Origin: Eledone cirrhosa
Lineage: Eukaryota
Direction: 5' to 3'
Assembly (NCBI GenBank): GCA_964016885.1
Contig: OZ024745.1
Coordinates: 8,866,001 to 8,930,000, forward strand
Length of the DNA stretch: 64,000 bases
Positions 40,601-54,142 of this stretch are shown piece by piece; positions within the stretch are counted from its first letter, which is position 1, and every line of letters starts with the position of its first letter. The position numbers and the translations under genes are program-made. The notes under the pieces were generated by a model, which did not search any database, had not been told where the DNA came from, and saw only the letters and a list, made by a program, of their open reading frames with translations.

Positions 40601-40787
40601 ACCCTTCCTGGAAAGACATCCTCGTGGTTATTCTCACTTCAATCCTAACACAGATCCGTATGCTGCATATTTCACTTCTAAATTTGGGGATTTTAATTTT
40701 CTGTTGTAAAAACTAAGGAATCTAACAGAAAAGTTGTTAGTTGATTCATGTTTATTAATTCTTAAGGGATGTGTGTGTGTGTATGTA

Positions 40788-40818
<31 letters not shown>

Positions 40819-40914
40819 GCGTGTGTGTGAGTGCATTCATGAACTACTTTCTTTCTCTGCTAAATTTTCAACACCAAAATGTAATTTCAAATATAAAAAT
40901 AAAATATATCCCAC

Positions 40915-42019
40915 CTTTAAGACAAATGCTTCTTTTTTCGATTCCTTTTGATTTGTTACATGTTGTGTGGGGTCCCCTGCAGGTGAGAATGATGGCCGTA
41001 TATTCACAAGATCAGAATTTCTTCTAGAATATTTCGGCCTCGATGCTTCTGTTTCGTTTTCATCAAAATAAGAACAGTTATCGTTATTCAACTCATCATG
41101 ATGAACTGACAATATTTTCCTTTCCTCTGTATTAGGGGCACTGTTGCTACTACTATTGTTGTTACTAGGATTAGATTGATGTCTGCAAGTGTCACTAGCC
41201 ACGTTTATTTCTTCATCGTAGTGTTTTTTCAAACTGCAGATATTGTTTTCTAAGTCGGGCCTATCGTAGGTGCTTGCTGTGTGTTGGCTTTGAAAATGAT
41301 TGGGCATGAAGCCATACCAATTCCACTGTTCTCCATAGTCACAATGGTTATATTTCAAAGGTGTTTTGCTGTTAACATCCGCTGATATGTTAGAATCTGG
41401 GATATTCTTTAGATTTGGTAACCAAGGTTGAGAAATCCCAGGTATTTCTAAAGGAGGCCTAGGGAGCTGGTTTATATTGTAACCAGCTGATAATGGTGCA
41501 TATTTCATCCACCACATGCTATAAGGGGCACTTAGAGACCTGAAGAAATCTCCATAACTGGTCGGAACACGTGGTTTGGGGAAAGCAGGGTGGGTCCTTG
41601 TTAATAATGAAGAAGCAGCTGTATTATATACGGGGTTTACAGAATATGAAGGAGCCGTATGAAACCTTTCGGCAAGGGATATAGGAACGTCGACATCTCC
41701 AGAATTCTCTTTTTGGGAGTAAGGAACAAAACCTACGTCTTTACTCTTTGTCTTCGGGTCCAATTGCAGAGTTCCGCCAAGTCTTTTGCGGCTACCCCCA
41801 TTGAACATGGCCTTAACGTCTTCCCAAGCATGTATAATATCTTCTGAGGGAAGAGGTTCAGCCAAATGAAGATGTTTGCGCCAAGAATTGAAGTTTGCAG
41901 CGTCGGCATGTCTGTACACCGTGTTTGGTAGCCGATGAAAATGGAATATAAACTTGTTTGGAGAGAAAAAGACATTACAATAGACGCACTTGATGCACTT
42001 TGCACGAGAGCTGTTGTAT
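40915..42019 (-). CDS. SKOR1: SKOR coding exon 2 (SAND-like / c-Ski Smad4-binding domain and linker)
   Basis: tttcag acceptor; RYNSSRAKCIKCVYCNVFFSPNKFIFHFHR..DAANFNSWRKHL..AWEDVKAMFNGGSRKR; later P.VPTSYGDF motif; donor AAG/gtggga. Confidence 0.92.
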
Positions 42020-42461
42020 CTGAAACAGAAAACAAATTAAATTTAGAAAGTTTTCTTTGAAAACAGAAGAAATTACTATTTGATTTAAAACGAAAAGGAA
42101 AAGAAGAGAAATTGTATGTATGTATGTTCTTCTGGTTTTATAATTTCAAAAATGTTTGCCAATAGAGAGAGAGTCAGTTTCTAACATAGACACAAGACTC
42201 TCTCATTGGAATTTACACAACATCAACTAGGTAGATATGTATGTATGTATGCATGCATGTGTAGATATGGATGTTATTGTATGTGTGGATGTGTATGTTT
42301 TGAGTTGTATGTGTGCATGTGTATATGCTTTGTATCTGTACATGTGTATATGCAGTTATTAGATGTAAAACTTTTGGAATGTTTTACATATTCTTACTGT
42401 TCCATTAATGGATTGTACTTGTATGTATGTATGTATGTGTGTATGTATGTATGTATATATG

Positions 42462-42990
42462 TCGGGTCACTCTTGAGTGCTACTAGTAACATGTAACCCA
42501 GTACAACCTGTCGCATGGTTGGGTCGTCGGTGACTAAACCGGCAACCCCACCAAGTTTACTTGGTGAAGAGGGTGATTTTGGACACCCTGCAGGACAAAA
42601 AACAAAACCCGACAAAGGGCGGAAGAACTCATAAGAGTCAACGGCCATCCGAAAGTGTGTAAATATGTACCGCGCGGTTAAACCACTGGGAGTGAAGGAC
42701 CCCTAGCCTTTGTCAGGGCATTCTTCTAGGAGAAGGCAACTCAGGAAACTGGGATAACTCCGATATAAAACCTGCGGCTCAGTAGTTACCGATGATGTTG
42801 ATCTTTTCTTCTTTTCGGGTTACAGCTACTGTCGCTCAGAGAGTGGGATTGGCTCAGTGCACAGTCTTTCCTCACTTTAAAAAATATCTTCACGCACAGG
42901 CATTGAACAATAGAATTAATTAATAATTATTAATAATGGTATATCGTGCAATGGCCATACTCGATAACGAGGGGGCAACCATCATCATGT
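42462..42990 (+). mobile_element. Non-coding retroposon of about 530 bp with an (ATGT)n tail (family C)
   Basis: Close inverted homologue at 52838-53400; both end in (ATGT)n. Confidence 0.75.
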
Positions 42991-43393
42991 ATGTATGTAT
43001 GTATGTATGTATGTATGTATGTATGTATGTATGTATGTATGTATGTATTTATGTATGTATGTATGGATGGATGGATGGACCCATAACTCCCGAAGGAGTC
43101 GTTGCGGCGCCGTACTCACATACAGAGTTTCTAGGGTATTTTAAATCTGGTGGAGTCCATCTCTTCTCCAGGTCTATAACTTATTTCCAATGACTACGGA
43201 GGAGACCAATGTTTTATTATGTAGTAAGTTAATATACCCCACTATAGGTGTATGTGTGGGTGGATGGCCGGATGTGGACAGATGTCGTAGATATCAGCAG
43301 CAACCAATTGTTACGGTGTCGGGGAATATTTGGTGTACTGAGCCTGATGTGCGCACAAGAGTACAAAGTTTAGTTGATTGTAATACATCGACA

Positions 43394-46300
43394 CGGTGGG
43401 GTGGCAGTGTCGGTAGAGGGTCGGACGCCATGCTGGGGTGGTGGAGTGGCAGTACCGGTAGAGGGTCGGACGCCATGGGTGGTGGAGTGGCAGTACCGGT
43501 AGAGGGTCGGACGCCATGCTGGGGCGGTGGAGTGGCAGTACCGGTAGAGGGTCGGACGCCATGGGTGGTGGAGTGGCAGTACCGGTAGAGGGTCGGACAC
43601 CATGGGTGGTGGAGTGGCAGTATCGGTAGAGGGTCGGACACCATGGGTGGTGGAGTGGCAGTATCGGTAGAGGGTCGGACGCCATGCTGGGGCGGTGGAG
43701 TGGCAGTACCGGTAGAGGGTCGGACGCCATGGGTGGTGGAGTGGCAGTACCGGTAGAGGGTCGGACACCATGGGTGGTGGAGTGGCAGTATCGGTAGAGG
43801 GTCGGACACCATGGGTGGTGGAGTGGCAGTATCGGTAGAGGGTCGGACGCCATGCTGGGGCGGTGGAGTGGCAGTACCGGTAGAGGGTCGGACGCCATGG
43901 GTGGTGGAGTGGCAGTACCGGTAGAGGGTCGGACACCATGGGTGGTGGAGTGGCAGTATCGGTAGAGGGTCGGACACCATGGGTGGTGGAGTGGCAGTAT
44001 CGGTAGAGGGTCGGACGCCATGCTGGGGCGGTGGAGTGGCAGTACCGGTAGAGGGTCGGACGCCATGGGTGGTGGAGTGGCAGTACCGGTAGAGGGTCGG
44101 ACGCCATGGGTGGTGGAGTGGCAGTACCGGTAGAGGGTCGCACGCCATGGGTGGTGGAGTGGCAGTACCGGTAGAGGGTCGCACGCCATGGGTGGTGGAG
44201 TGGCAGTATCGGTAGAGGGTTGGACGCCATGCTGGGGCGGTGGAGTGGCAGTACCGGTAGAGGGTCGGACGCCATGGGTGGTGGAGTGGCAGTACCGGTA
44301 GAGGGTCGCACGCCATGGGTGGTGGAGTGGCAGTATCGGTAGAGGGTCGGACGCCATGCTGGGGCGGTGGAGTGGCAGTATCGGAAGAGGGTCGGACGCC
44401 ATGGGTGGTGGAGTGGCAGTATCGGTAGAGGGTCGGACGCCATGCTGGGGTGGTGGAGTGGCAGTACCGGTAGAGGGTCGGACGCCATGGGTGGTGAAGT
44501 GGCAGTATCGGTAGAGGGTCGGACGCCATGGGTGGTGGAGTGGCAGTACCGGTAGAGGGTCGGACGCCATGGGTGGTGGAGTGGCAGTACCGGTAGAGGG
44601 TCGGACGCCATGGGTGGTGGAGTGGCAGTACCGGTAGAGGGTCGGACGCCATGGGTGGTGGAGTGGCAGTATCGGTAGAGGGTCGGACGCCATGCTGGGG
44701 CGGTGGAGTGGCAGTATCGGTAGAGGGTCGGACGCCATGGGTGGTGGAGTGGCAGTATCGGTAGAGGGTCGGACGCCATGCTGGGGCGGTGGAGTGGCAG
44801 TACCGGTAGAGGGTCGGACGCCATGGGTGGTGGAGTGGCAGTACCGGTAGAGGGTCGGACGCCATGGGTGGTGAAGTGGCAGTATCGGTAGAGGGTTGGA
44901 CGCCATGGGTGGTGGAGTGGCAGTATCGGTAGAGGGTTGGACGCCATGCTGTGGCGGTGGAGTGGCAGTATCGGTAGAGGGTCGGACGCCATGGGTGGTG
45001 GAGTGGCAGTATCGGTAGAGGGTTGGACGCCATGGGTGGTGGAGTGGCAGTATCGGTAGAGGGTTGGACGCCATGCTGGGGCGGTGGAGTGGCAGTACCG
45101 GTAGAGGGTCGGACGCCATGGGTGGTGGAGTGGCAGTACCGGTAGAGGGTCGCACGCCATGGGTGGTGGAGTGGCAGTATCGGTAGAGGGTCGGACGCCA
45201 TGCTGGGGCGGTGGAGTGGCAGTATCGGAAGAGGGTCGGACGCCATGGGTGGTGGAGTGGCAGTATCGGTAGAGGGTCGGACGCCATGCTGGGGTGGTGG
45301 AGTGGCAGTACCGGTAGAGGGTCGGACGCCATGGGTGGTGAAGTGGCAGTATCGGTAGAGGGTCGGACGCCATGGGTGGTGGAGTGGCAGTACCGGTAGA
45401 GGGTCGGACGCCATGGGTGGTGGAGTGGCAGTACCGGTAGAGGGTCGGACGCCATGGGTGGTGGAGTGGCAGTACCGGTAGAGGGTCGGACGCCATGGGT
45501 GGTGGAGTGGCAGTATCGGTAGAGGGTCGGACGCCATGCTGGGGCGGTGGAGTGGCAGTATCGGTAGAGGGTCGGACGCCATGGGTGGTGGAGTGGCAGT
45601 ATCGGTAGAGGGTCGGACGCCATGCTGGGGCGGTGGAGTGGCAGTACCGGTAGAGGGTCGGACGCCATGGGTGGTGGAGTGGCAGTACCGGTAGAGGGTC
45701 GGACGCCATGGGTGGTGAAGTGGCAGTATCGGTAGAGGGTTGGACGCCATGGGTGGTGGAGTGGCAGTATCGGTAGAGGGTTGGACGCCATGCTGTGGCG
45801 GTGGAGTGGCAGTATCGGTAGAGGGTCGGACGCCATGGGTGGTGGAGTGGCAGTATCGGTAGAGGGTTGGACGCCATGGGTGGTGGAGTGGCAGTATCGG
45901 TAGAGGGTTGGACGCCATGCTGGGGCGGTGGAGTGGCAGTACCGGTAGAGGGTCGGACACCATGGGTGGTGGAGTGGCAGTACCGGTAGAGGGTCGGACG
46001 CCATGGGTGGTGGAGTGGCAGTATCGGTAGAGGGTCGGACGCCATGGGTGGTGGAGTGGCAGTATCGGTAGAGGGTCGGACGCCATGCTGGGGTGGTGGA
46101 GTGGCAGTACCGGTAGAGGGTCGGACGCCATGGGTGGTGGAGTGGCAGTATCGGTAGAGGGTCGGACGCCATGGGTGGTGGAGTGGCAGTATCGGTAGAG
46201 GGTTGGACGCCATGGGTGGTGGAGTGGCAGTACCGGTAGAGGGTTGGACGCCATGCTGGGGCGGTGGAGTGGCAGTATCGGTAGAGGGTCGGACGCCATG

Positions 46301-46810
46301 GGTGGTGGAGTGGCAGTACCGGTAGAGGGTCGGACGCCATGGGTGGTGGAGTGGCAGTACCGGTAGAGGGTCGGACGCCATGGGTGGTGGAGTGGCAGTA
46401 TCGGTAGAGGGTCGGACGCCATGCTGGGGCGGTGGAGTGGCAGTACCGGTAGAGGGTCGGACGCCATGGGTGGTGGAGTGGCAGTACCGGTAGAGGGTCG
46501 GACGCCATGGGTGGTGGAGTGGCAGTACCGGTAGAGGGTCGGACGCCATGGGTGGTGGAGTGGCAGTATCGGTAGAGGGTCGGACGCCATGCTGGGGCGG
46601 TGGATTGGCAGTATCGGTAGAGGGTTGGACGCCATGGGTGGTGGAGTGGCAGTATCGGTAGAGGGTCGGACGCCATGGGTGGTGGAGTGGCAGTATCGGT
46701 AGAGGGTCGGACGCCATGCTGGGGCGGTGGATTGGCAGTATCGGTAGAGGGTTGGACGCCATGCTAGGGCGGTGGATTGGCAGTATCGGTAGAGGGTCGG
46801 ACACCATGCT
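43394..46810 (+). repeat. GC-rich 41/45-bp array (about 80 units) made of amplified SINE A heads
   Basis: Unit ggtggtggagtggcagtatcggtagagggtcggacgccatg(ctgg) matches the SINE head at 61409-61452 and runs directly into the SINE body. Confidence 0.96.
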
Positions 46811-47170
46811 TTGACGCATAGAGTTACGTCCCTTTATGGTCTGAGTTCAAATCCCGCCGAGGTTAACTTTGCCTTTCATCCTTACGAGGTCGATAAAATA
46901 AAGTACCAGTAATACACTGGATAATTGCTGGCCTTGTGCCAAAAGTAGAAACAATTATTTCACTGGTAAAGGGCGATGACTTAGCAGAATCGGTAGAGCG
47001 TTGGACAAAATGCTTTGAGGCATTTAGTTACGTCCCTTCACATTGTGAGTTCAAAGCCCGTCGCGGTCAACTTCGTCTTTCATACCAGTAACGCACTGGG
47101 GTCGATTTAATCGACTTTCCCCTCCCACCAAATCGTTGGCCTTGTGTCTAAATCCGAAACTATCATTATT
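46769..47170 (+). mobile_element. SINE A copy terminating the array, followed by a second SINE A
   Basis: 46769-46960 closely matches 61409-61600, including the same shortened 3' body. Confidence 0.85.
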
Positions 47171-47743
47171 TTACTGGTTCGAATTTGATTGGTCCTTGAA
47201 CGATGACATGCAATGATGACCTCGGCATAATTTGAACTCAGAATGTAAGAGAATAAACGTTTATTGGTTCAAATGCTTTAATTGAAACAGAGTTAAATGG
47301 GAGATAATTAGCACCACCATTAACTAATTAATTCATAAATGAATAAATAAACAACAAATGAAAACAAAACAATTAAACAAATGATTAAAATCTGTCAATA
47401 ATATAAAAATATGACAAATAAATAGTGTAACGAAAACAAAGGTTAAAAAGAAATAGAATTATCAAATAAGGATAAAATTTTAAATAAAAAAAGAAATAGA
47501 ATTATTAAATAGGGATAAAATTTTAAATAAAAAAAGAAACGAAAATAGAATAAATGAAAGAAAAGAGTTATTTGAATGAAAGAAAAGAATTATTTGAATG
47601 AAAAAGTAAAATAAAAAAAGTGAAAGAGAAATAAAGGAATATGAAAAGAAAAAGATGTGGAAATATGGGATGTTCTCTCTCTCGTCCTCACTCTACCTCC
47701 CCCTGCTCCTCCTCCCACTATCTCGCTATATATATATATGTGA

Positions 47744-47890
47744 AGGCGCCTGGCGTAGTGGTTAGAGCATTGGGCTTGCAATCGAAAGGTTGTGAGTTCA
47801 ATTCTCGGACCGAGTGATGTGTTGTTTCCTTGAGCAAGACACTTTATTTCACGTTGCTCCAGTTTACTCAGCTGTAGAAATGAGATGATA
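47744..47890 (+). mobile_element. SINE family B copy
   Basis: ggcgcctggcgtagtggttagagc...gagttcaattc...ccttgagcaagacact. Confidence 0.75.
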
Positions 47891-48599
47891 GGACTGGAGT
47901 CCCTAACATTAAATTACCCAAGACACCTCCAGCGAGATATACCTTGGAGGAGGCCAGCTAAACCTGCATAGGTTTAGCACATATATATTTTGTTATATTT
48001 GGGGAGGGTCATATTATTATAATATTGCCAGAAATAATAAGACACACTCACTGTTTGGTTTGGGTTGGTTTTCACTTCTGTATATTTTATATCTCCATAG
48101 TTAATTTATTTGGCAATCAAAGTTTATAATTGATTGACCAACGGTTAAAAATACAGCTGTAAATATATATATATCTAGTACATCAAAGTTCTTTCGTAAC
48201 ACATCTATGACATCATCTGAGGTACTATTATGTTTCCTCCCGTTGTATTGTAATGTCTCCGCCATTTTTATTGTATTTATTTATTTATTTATTCATTTAT
48301 TCTTGTTCCTGTCTCAGTTTGCGCATGCGTTTACGTGTGTGTTTCCTCTTTGGTGTGTGTGTTCGCGTTTGAGTGAATGTGTTTTTGTATTCTATGTGTG
48401 TTCACTAGTATGTGTTTATGTGTGTTTGTTATTATACTTGTGTATATATTTATTTAAGCGAAAACAAACCCAAAACCAGTGAGTGTGTCTTATTATTTCT
48501 GACAATATTATAACAATATGAGCCTCCCCAAATATAACAATATTTGTTTCGACACACGATTTCATATCAAAAACCTTGCTAAACATATATATATATATA

Positions 48600-49330
48600 T
48601 TATTTTCCCACATCTTACGTTAATTATTTTCCATTTTGACGTTATAGTCACTTATATATTATGAAATACTGTTGGCTTCACGCTCACAATAATTTCTATA
48701 CTTTCATTTATATTTATACTCGGAATTTTTTCCTAGAGTGCTTAAAATTATTTGTGACTAATCCCGGTCTTTTATAAAAAAAAACCGCGATAATATTGCT
48801 ATTTTGCTGAACTCCTTACATTTGTAGAGTTTTTTTCGGAATGTTTTTTGACTGCTGTTTCCTGTAAACAGACATTCGTCTCATTCTGACGTCACCAGCC
48901 ATGTCTCTCCATGTGCGTTTATTTTCATATTTACGCATGAGTTGAACTAGCCTGCTTTTAAATTCCCTTTTTGGCATATTCTGGCAGCGGTTTAGGGTTA
49001 TCGTGTTGAGCTCTACTGATGAACAATCCCAACCGTGACCATCCCCACTGAAAGTTTCGTGAAATAGTCTTTTTAAGACTATATAGAGCATTTGTAGTTT
49101 TTCCAAATTGAAGGATGTGTATTTAAACTTTATTTTATTCAGAGTTAAGGCTCTATTGATTTTTCCCTGGATTTCACAAAATTCTATGGATAAATCTGTC
49201 TTGATTTTTTAAAAATTGAGTCTGAATTATTTTCCCACATCTTACGTTAATTATTTTTCATTTTGACGTTATAGTCACTTATATATTATGAAATACTGTT
49301 GGCATCACGTTCACAATAATTTCTATAATT

Positions 49331-49340
<10 letters not shown>
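48600..49340 (+). mobile_element. Retrozyme/pLTR-like element with terminal direct repeats of about 110 bp and an internal hammerhead
   Basis: 48600-48715 matches 49227-49340; (TA)n on both sides. Confidence 0.68.
49010..49089 (+). ncRNA. Type I hammerhead ribozyme motif
   Basis: gctcta-CTGATGA-ac...gt-GAAA-tagtct/agacta-TA-tagagc; perfect stems I and III. Confidence 0.75.
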
Positions 49341-49405
<65 letters not shown>

Positions 49406-49410
<5 letters not shown>

Positions 49411-50479
49411 AACGAGTAGGACCCCGACGGCTGAGCTCAAGCCGTTTCGACGGCTAATTCTGGACTAAATGATCATTTTTATCCTGGTACATGAATAGCC
49501 GAGCTTTTCAGGGGGTAATTCCATATATGGTAAAAGTGATTGTCACAAGGATTGGTCAAAAGTTTGTTGTTGAGACACATAATTCTATCATAGCTGGGAT
49601 TCTGAATTAATTTTTCGTATTAAATTTTTCATATATAACGTACGAGCATTTATGTAGTTTGTATTAGAATTTATGTATCGTAGCGGTACTCTTATATATC
49701 GTATTAGTATTCATTTTCGGGATTCTGAATTATTATTTCGTATTAGTTTCGGGACTGTGAATTATTATTTCGTACTAGTTTCTTTAGTATTTTGGCCCCC
49801 TACTTGTTGACCTGTCACTGTAAGATAGATTTGGACGATTACTACTAACTCATAAAATTCTTTCACTACATCCGCGTATTTAGTATTCTGTCCCACCTAT
49901 TAAACTTTTCTATAGTTTAGCAGTACCAGTGAGAGACTTGATGATTGTGGTAGAGGAATAGTAACCAGAAATTGTGTTTTTTTATATTTTTTTATATTTT
50001 TAACATTCTTATTATTCTTCTATATATTTACTCCATATTGATTTACTTATTGTTTCGACTTCCTCCCCCTCCCCCTCCCTAGTATACTTCTCTTGACCTC
50101 TTATCCTTAGGATTCTGCTGTAGTTGGCACTATCAACGCACGACTGGGTTTCCTCCACCCCCTCTCCCTCTTTCTTCTACTGGCAGGTCCAGCTACCCCT
50201 TCCTTCCACAAAATGCCATGATAGAATTATGTGTCTCAACAACAAACTTTTGACCAATCCTTGTGACAATCACTTTTACCATATATGGAATTACTGCCTG
50301 AAAAGCTCGGCTATTCATGAACCAGGATAAAAATTTTCATTTAGTCCAGAATTAGCCGTCGAAACGGCTTGAGTTCAGCCGTCGGGGTCCTACTCGTTCC
50401 TATTACCCACTCTACTACCCTAAGTATTGAGTACTTTGGTGCGCTATGGGCAATCTGGTTCCTTACCACATTTCCTTCG

Positions 50480-50482
<3 letters not shown>
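49406..50482. mobile_element. Penelope-like non-coding element with inverted terminal duplication and hammerhead-like motifs (50294-50387 plus strand; 49421-49515 minus strand)
   Basis: 49406-49592 is the reverse complement of about 50217-50403; cccc-CTGAAAA-..cggcta/tagccg..-GAAA-cggct/agccg-TC-gggg; tail shared with 29665-29760 and 54930-55035. Confidence 0.68.
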
Positions 50483-50515
<33 letters not shown>

Positions 50516-50527
50516 GGGGGGGGAGGG

Positions 50528-50730
50528 GTCCTTGAGCAAGACACTTTATTTCACGTTGCTCCAGTTTACTCAACTGAAAATGAGTACCAGCAATAGCTGG
50601 AGGTTTAACCCTGCGATGGACTGGCGTCCTGTCCAGGGGGGAGTCTTGTAATCCCAGTCGCTTCACGCCATGAAACCGGGAAAAGCACCGGCCAAATGAG
50701 CTTTCTGGCTTAAGACAGACTTTAGACTTA
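50528..50730 (+). mobile_element. SINE family B 3' portion
   Basis: ccttgagcaagacact...ccctgcgatggactggcgtcctgtccaggg. Confidence 0.75.
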
Positions 50731-50866
50731 CGGCCTGCCCGCCCAGCCAGTAGGATGGCATCATCGTATGGCTAAAACAGCACGTGCTGTGACCAGCGGC
50801 GCCGAATGGCCCCCATCAGACTGGTCGGTCAAGGTGATCAAGGTGATATATATATATATATATATA

Positions 50867-51638
<772 letters not shown>

Positions 51639-51725
51639 GTAAAAGTTCTATTTAAATTGTTGGGATACAACAATCAAATATTTTTATAGCTGATATAAAG
51701 CACTCAACAAATAATTGGAGTAAAA

Positions 51726-52088
51726 ATACGATATTAACAAATGGAAACTATATTTATAAAACCATATTTATTTCATTATACATATTTCAAGGACACCAAG
51801 TTAAATTATGGTGTGCTTTCATCAGATAAAATATAATATAGAGCAGTTTTATAAATAATTATTGACATACCCTTAAAGAATGCAACCATTACTTTTGGAA
51901 GCTATCCGGGAGCTTCCAACAGTAATGGTTGCATTCTTTAAGGGTATGTCAATATTTATTTATAAAACTGCTCTATATTATATTTTATCTGATGAAAGCA
52001 CACCATAATTTAACTTGGTGTCCTTGAAATATGTATAATGAAATAAATATGGTTTTATAAATATAGTTTCCATTTGTTAATATCGTAT
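51726..52088. repeat. Near-perfect 363-bp palindrome with a hammerhead in each arm
   Basis: Arms of about 178 bp around loop atccggg (51904-51910). Confidence 0.93.
51981..52045 (+). ncRNA. Type I hammerhead ribozyme motif (mirror copy 51769-51833 on the minus strand)
   Basis: tattttat-CTGATGA-aagcacacca/tggtgtcctt-GAAA-tatgta-TA-atgaaata; intact core. Confidence 0.68.
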
Positions 52089-52190
52089 ATATATATATAT
52101 TCAATAATTTCACTTTGACGAATCAAAAAGGGAGACAAAGAAAAACAGATCCTTACATATATTTTCCGTGCTATTTCCAATTTCACCTTT

Positions 52191-52351
<161 letters not shown>

Positions 52352-52837
52352 TAATATAACTGTCTAAATTTGTCTCCTGTGTTTTGTTTGTTTCATTTAT
52401 TAACTATATATATATATATATACTTTCTCTTTCACCTCTCTCTCTCCTCTCTTTCTCCCCCCTCTTTCAATCTACTCTCACAAACCACTATCTCTTTCTC
52501 TCTATCTTCCTTTCTCTCTATTTATGAAGGTACCCGAAAAAATCCCGTATTTCGAGAACCCGTTCTCCGATTTACGCGAAACTTGTTTTATTCCATTTGT
52601 ATTCCCATTTCAGGGTCAACTTCCTATTATGCGCCGTTTTGGCTGCATTGAATTACAGACACGCACACAATCATGGAGTTTTATTAGTATATAGATAGAT
52701 AGAGGAGCTGTTTTATTCATTTAAAATCAAAATGATTTCAAACGAATGAATCAGTTTAGTCCTGTAGACGTCATACATACATACATACATACATACATAC
52801 ATACATACATACATACATACATACATACATACATACA

Positions 52838-53400
52838 CGATGAGGATGATGGCTTCCCCCTCGTTATTGAGTATGGCCATTGCACGATATACCATTATTA
52901 ATAATTATTAATTAATTCTATCGTGCAATTTTTGAGCGTGAAGATTTTTTTTTAAGTGAGAAAAGACTGTGCACTGAGCCAATCCCACTCTCTGAACGAC
53001 TGTAACTGTAACCCGAAAAGAAGAAAAGATCAACATCATCGGTAACTACTGAGCCGCATGTTTTATATCGGAGTTATCCCAGTTTCCCGAGTTGCTTTCT
53101 CCTAGAAGAATGCCATGACAAAGGCTAGGGGTCCTTCACTCCCAGTGGTTTAACCGCGCGATCGGGTGTCCAGCCCGACTATTTCTATGTCCCCGTGCAT
53201 ATACGTAGATATGCATAAACATACATGCATACATACATACATACATACATACATACATACATACTAACATACATACATATATACACATGTACATACACAT
53301 TTTTGGATGGTCGTTGACTCTTATGAGCTCTTCTGCCCTTTGTCAGGTCTTGTTCTTTTTGTCCTGCTGGGTGTCTAAAATCACCCTCCTCACCAAGTAT
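52838..53400 (-). mobile_element. Family C retroposon copy, interrupted at about 53160-53300
   Basis: Reverse complement of 42550-42990; (CATA)n tail at 52772-52837. Confidence 0.75.
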
Positions 53401-53452
53401 ATATACATATAGGTAATTACTGAAGAACAAGAAAGAAAAATGGTAAGAATAC

Positions 53453-53991
53453 CTTGTTGGGATGAAGTGTCCTTGAGATCCCCAACCACATTTATGATAT
53501 ACTTTGAAGTAAAAATTGTCAGGTAATGTCGGCGGGGAATTGTCTTCAAGGAATGACTTCACCAGACGTTCAGCTTCTCGTCTTGTTATTAAACCACAAC
53601 GTCGTGACGATACTGGCATCGCTCCTAGTCTCCTCAATATTTCTAGTTGTATTGGTGTGCATTGCATGCAGGTAATACCCAATGCTACACGTCGGTTGTG
53701 GATCTCATTGTAACTGAACTGACGAAGTAATGTGTTGGAGATTTGCGCCAAGCATAGTCTTTCTTTACCTTCCACATAAAGGGAAATAATCGGCGTGCCG
53801 AACATAACCACCACGCCAACATCGTTCTCGGGAATCTCCGTGGAATGTTTGCTGGATAAGCCACTGACGTGGTCTTCCTCACCCACGTGCTTTCTACCCA
53901 TGAAAAGAAGCTCCCGGTTAATGTCGTAGTCAATGGCACCTGGGTCTCCAGATATGTGAGCATCTGTCTCATTCGAATCGTAATTATCCAT
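53453..53991 (-). CDS. SKOR1: SKOR/fussel (SKI family transcriptional corepressor) coding exon 1, Ski/Sno (DHD) domain
   Basis: GTPIISLYVEGKERLCLAQISNTLLRQFSYNEIHNRRVALGITCMQCTPIQLEILRRLGAMPVSSRRCGLITRREAERL...VYHKCGWG..G.FIP.R; phase-2 donor joins exon 2; acceptor 7 nt upstream of the ATG. Confidence 0.95.
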
Positions 53992-54142
53992 GTTAATGCT
54001 ATTGAGAGAAAACAAGATAAAAAACACGATGAGTATAAATATATATATATAATTTTATGTATGCAAAAGGTAAACAACAAAATAAACGACACAGTACAAT
54101 GAAGAAGTATATAAGTTTTGCGCTTGATACAGTATGAACAGA

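Noticed and set aside
40600-40700. Alternative SKOR exon candidate
   Set aside because: No acceptor/donor pair giving the needed phase 0-to-1 change; 40087-40123 fits better
43294-46819. Three ORFs over 1100 aa on the minus strand
   Set aside because: Translation of a SINE-derived tandem array that lacks stops in all three frames
53185-53452. C-terminal extension of the 280-aa ORF
   Set aside because: Read-through into intron 1 past the donor; SKOR homology continues at 42019
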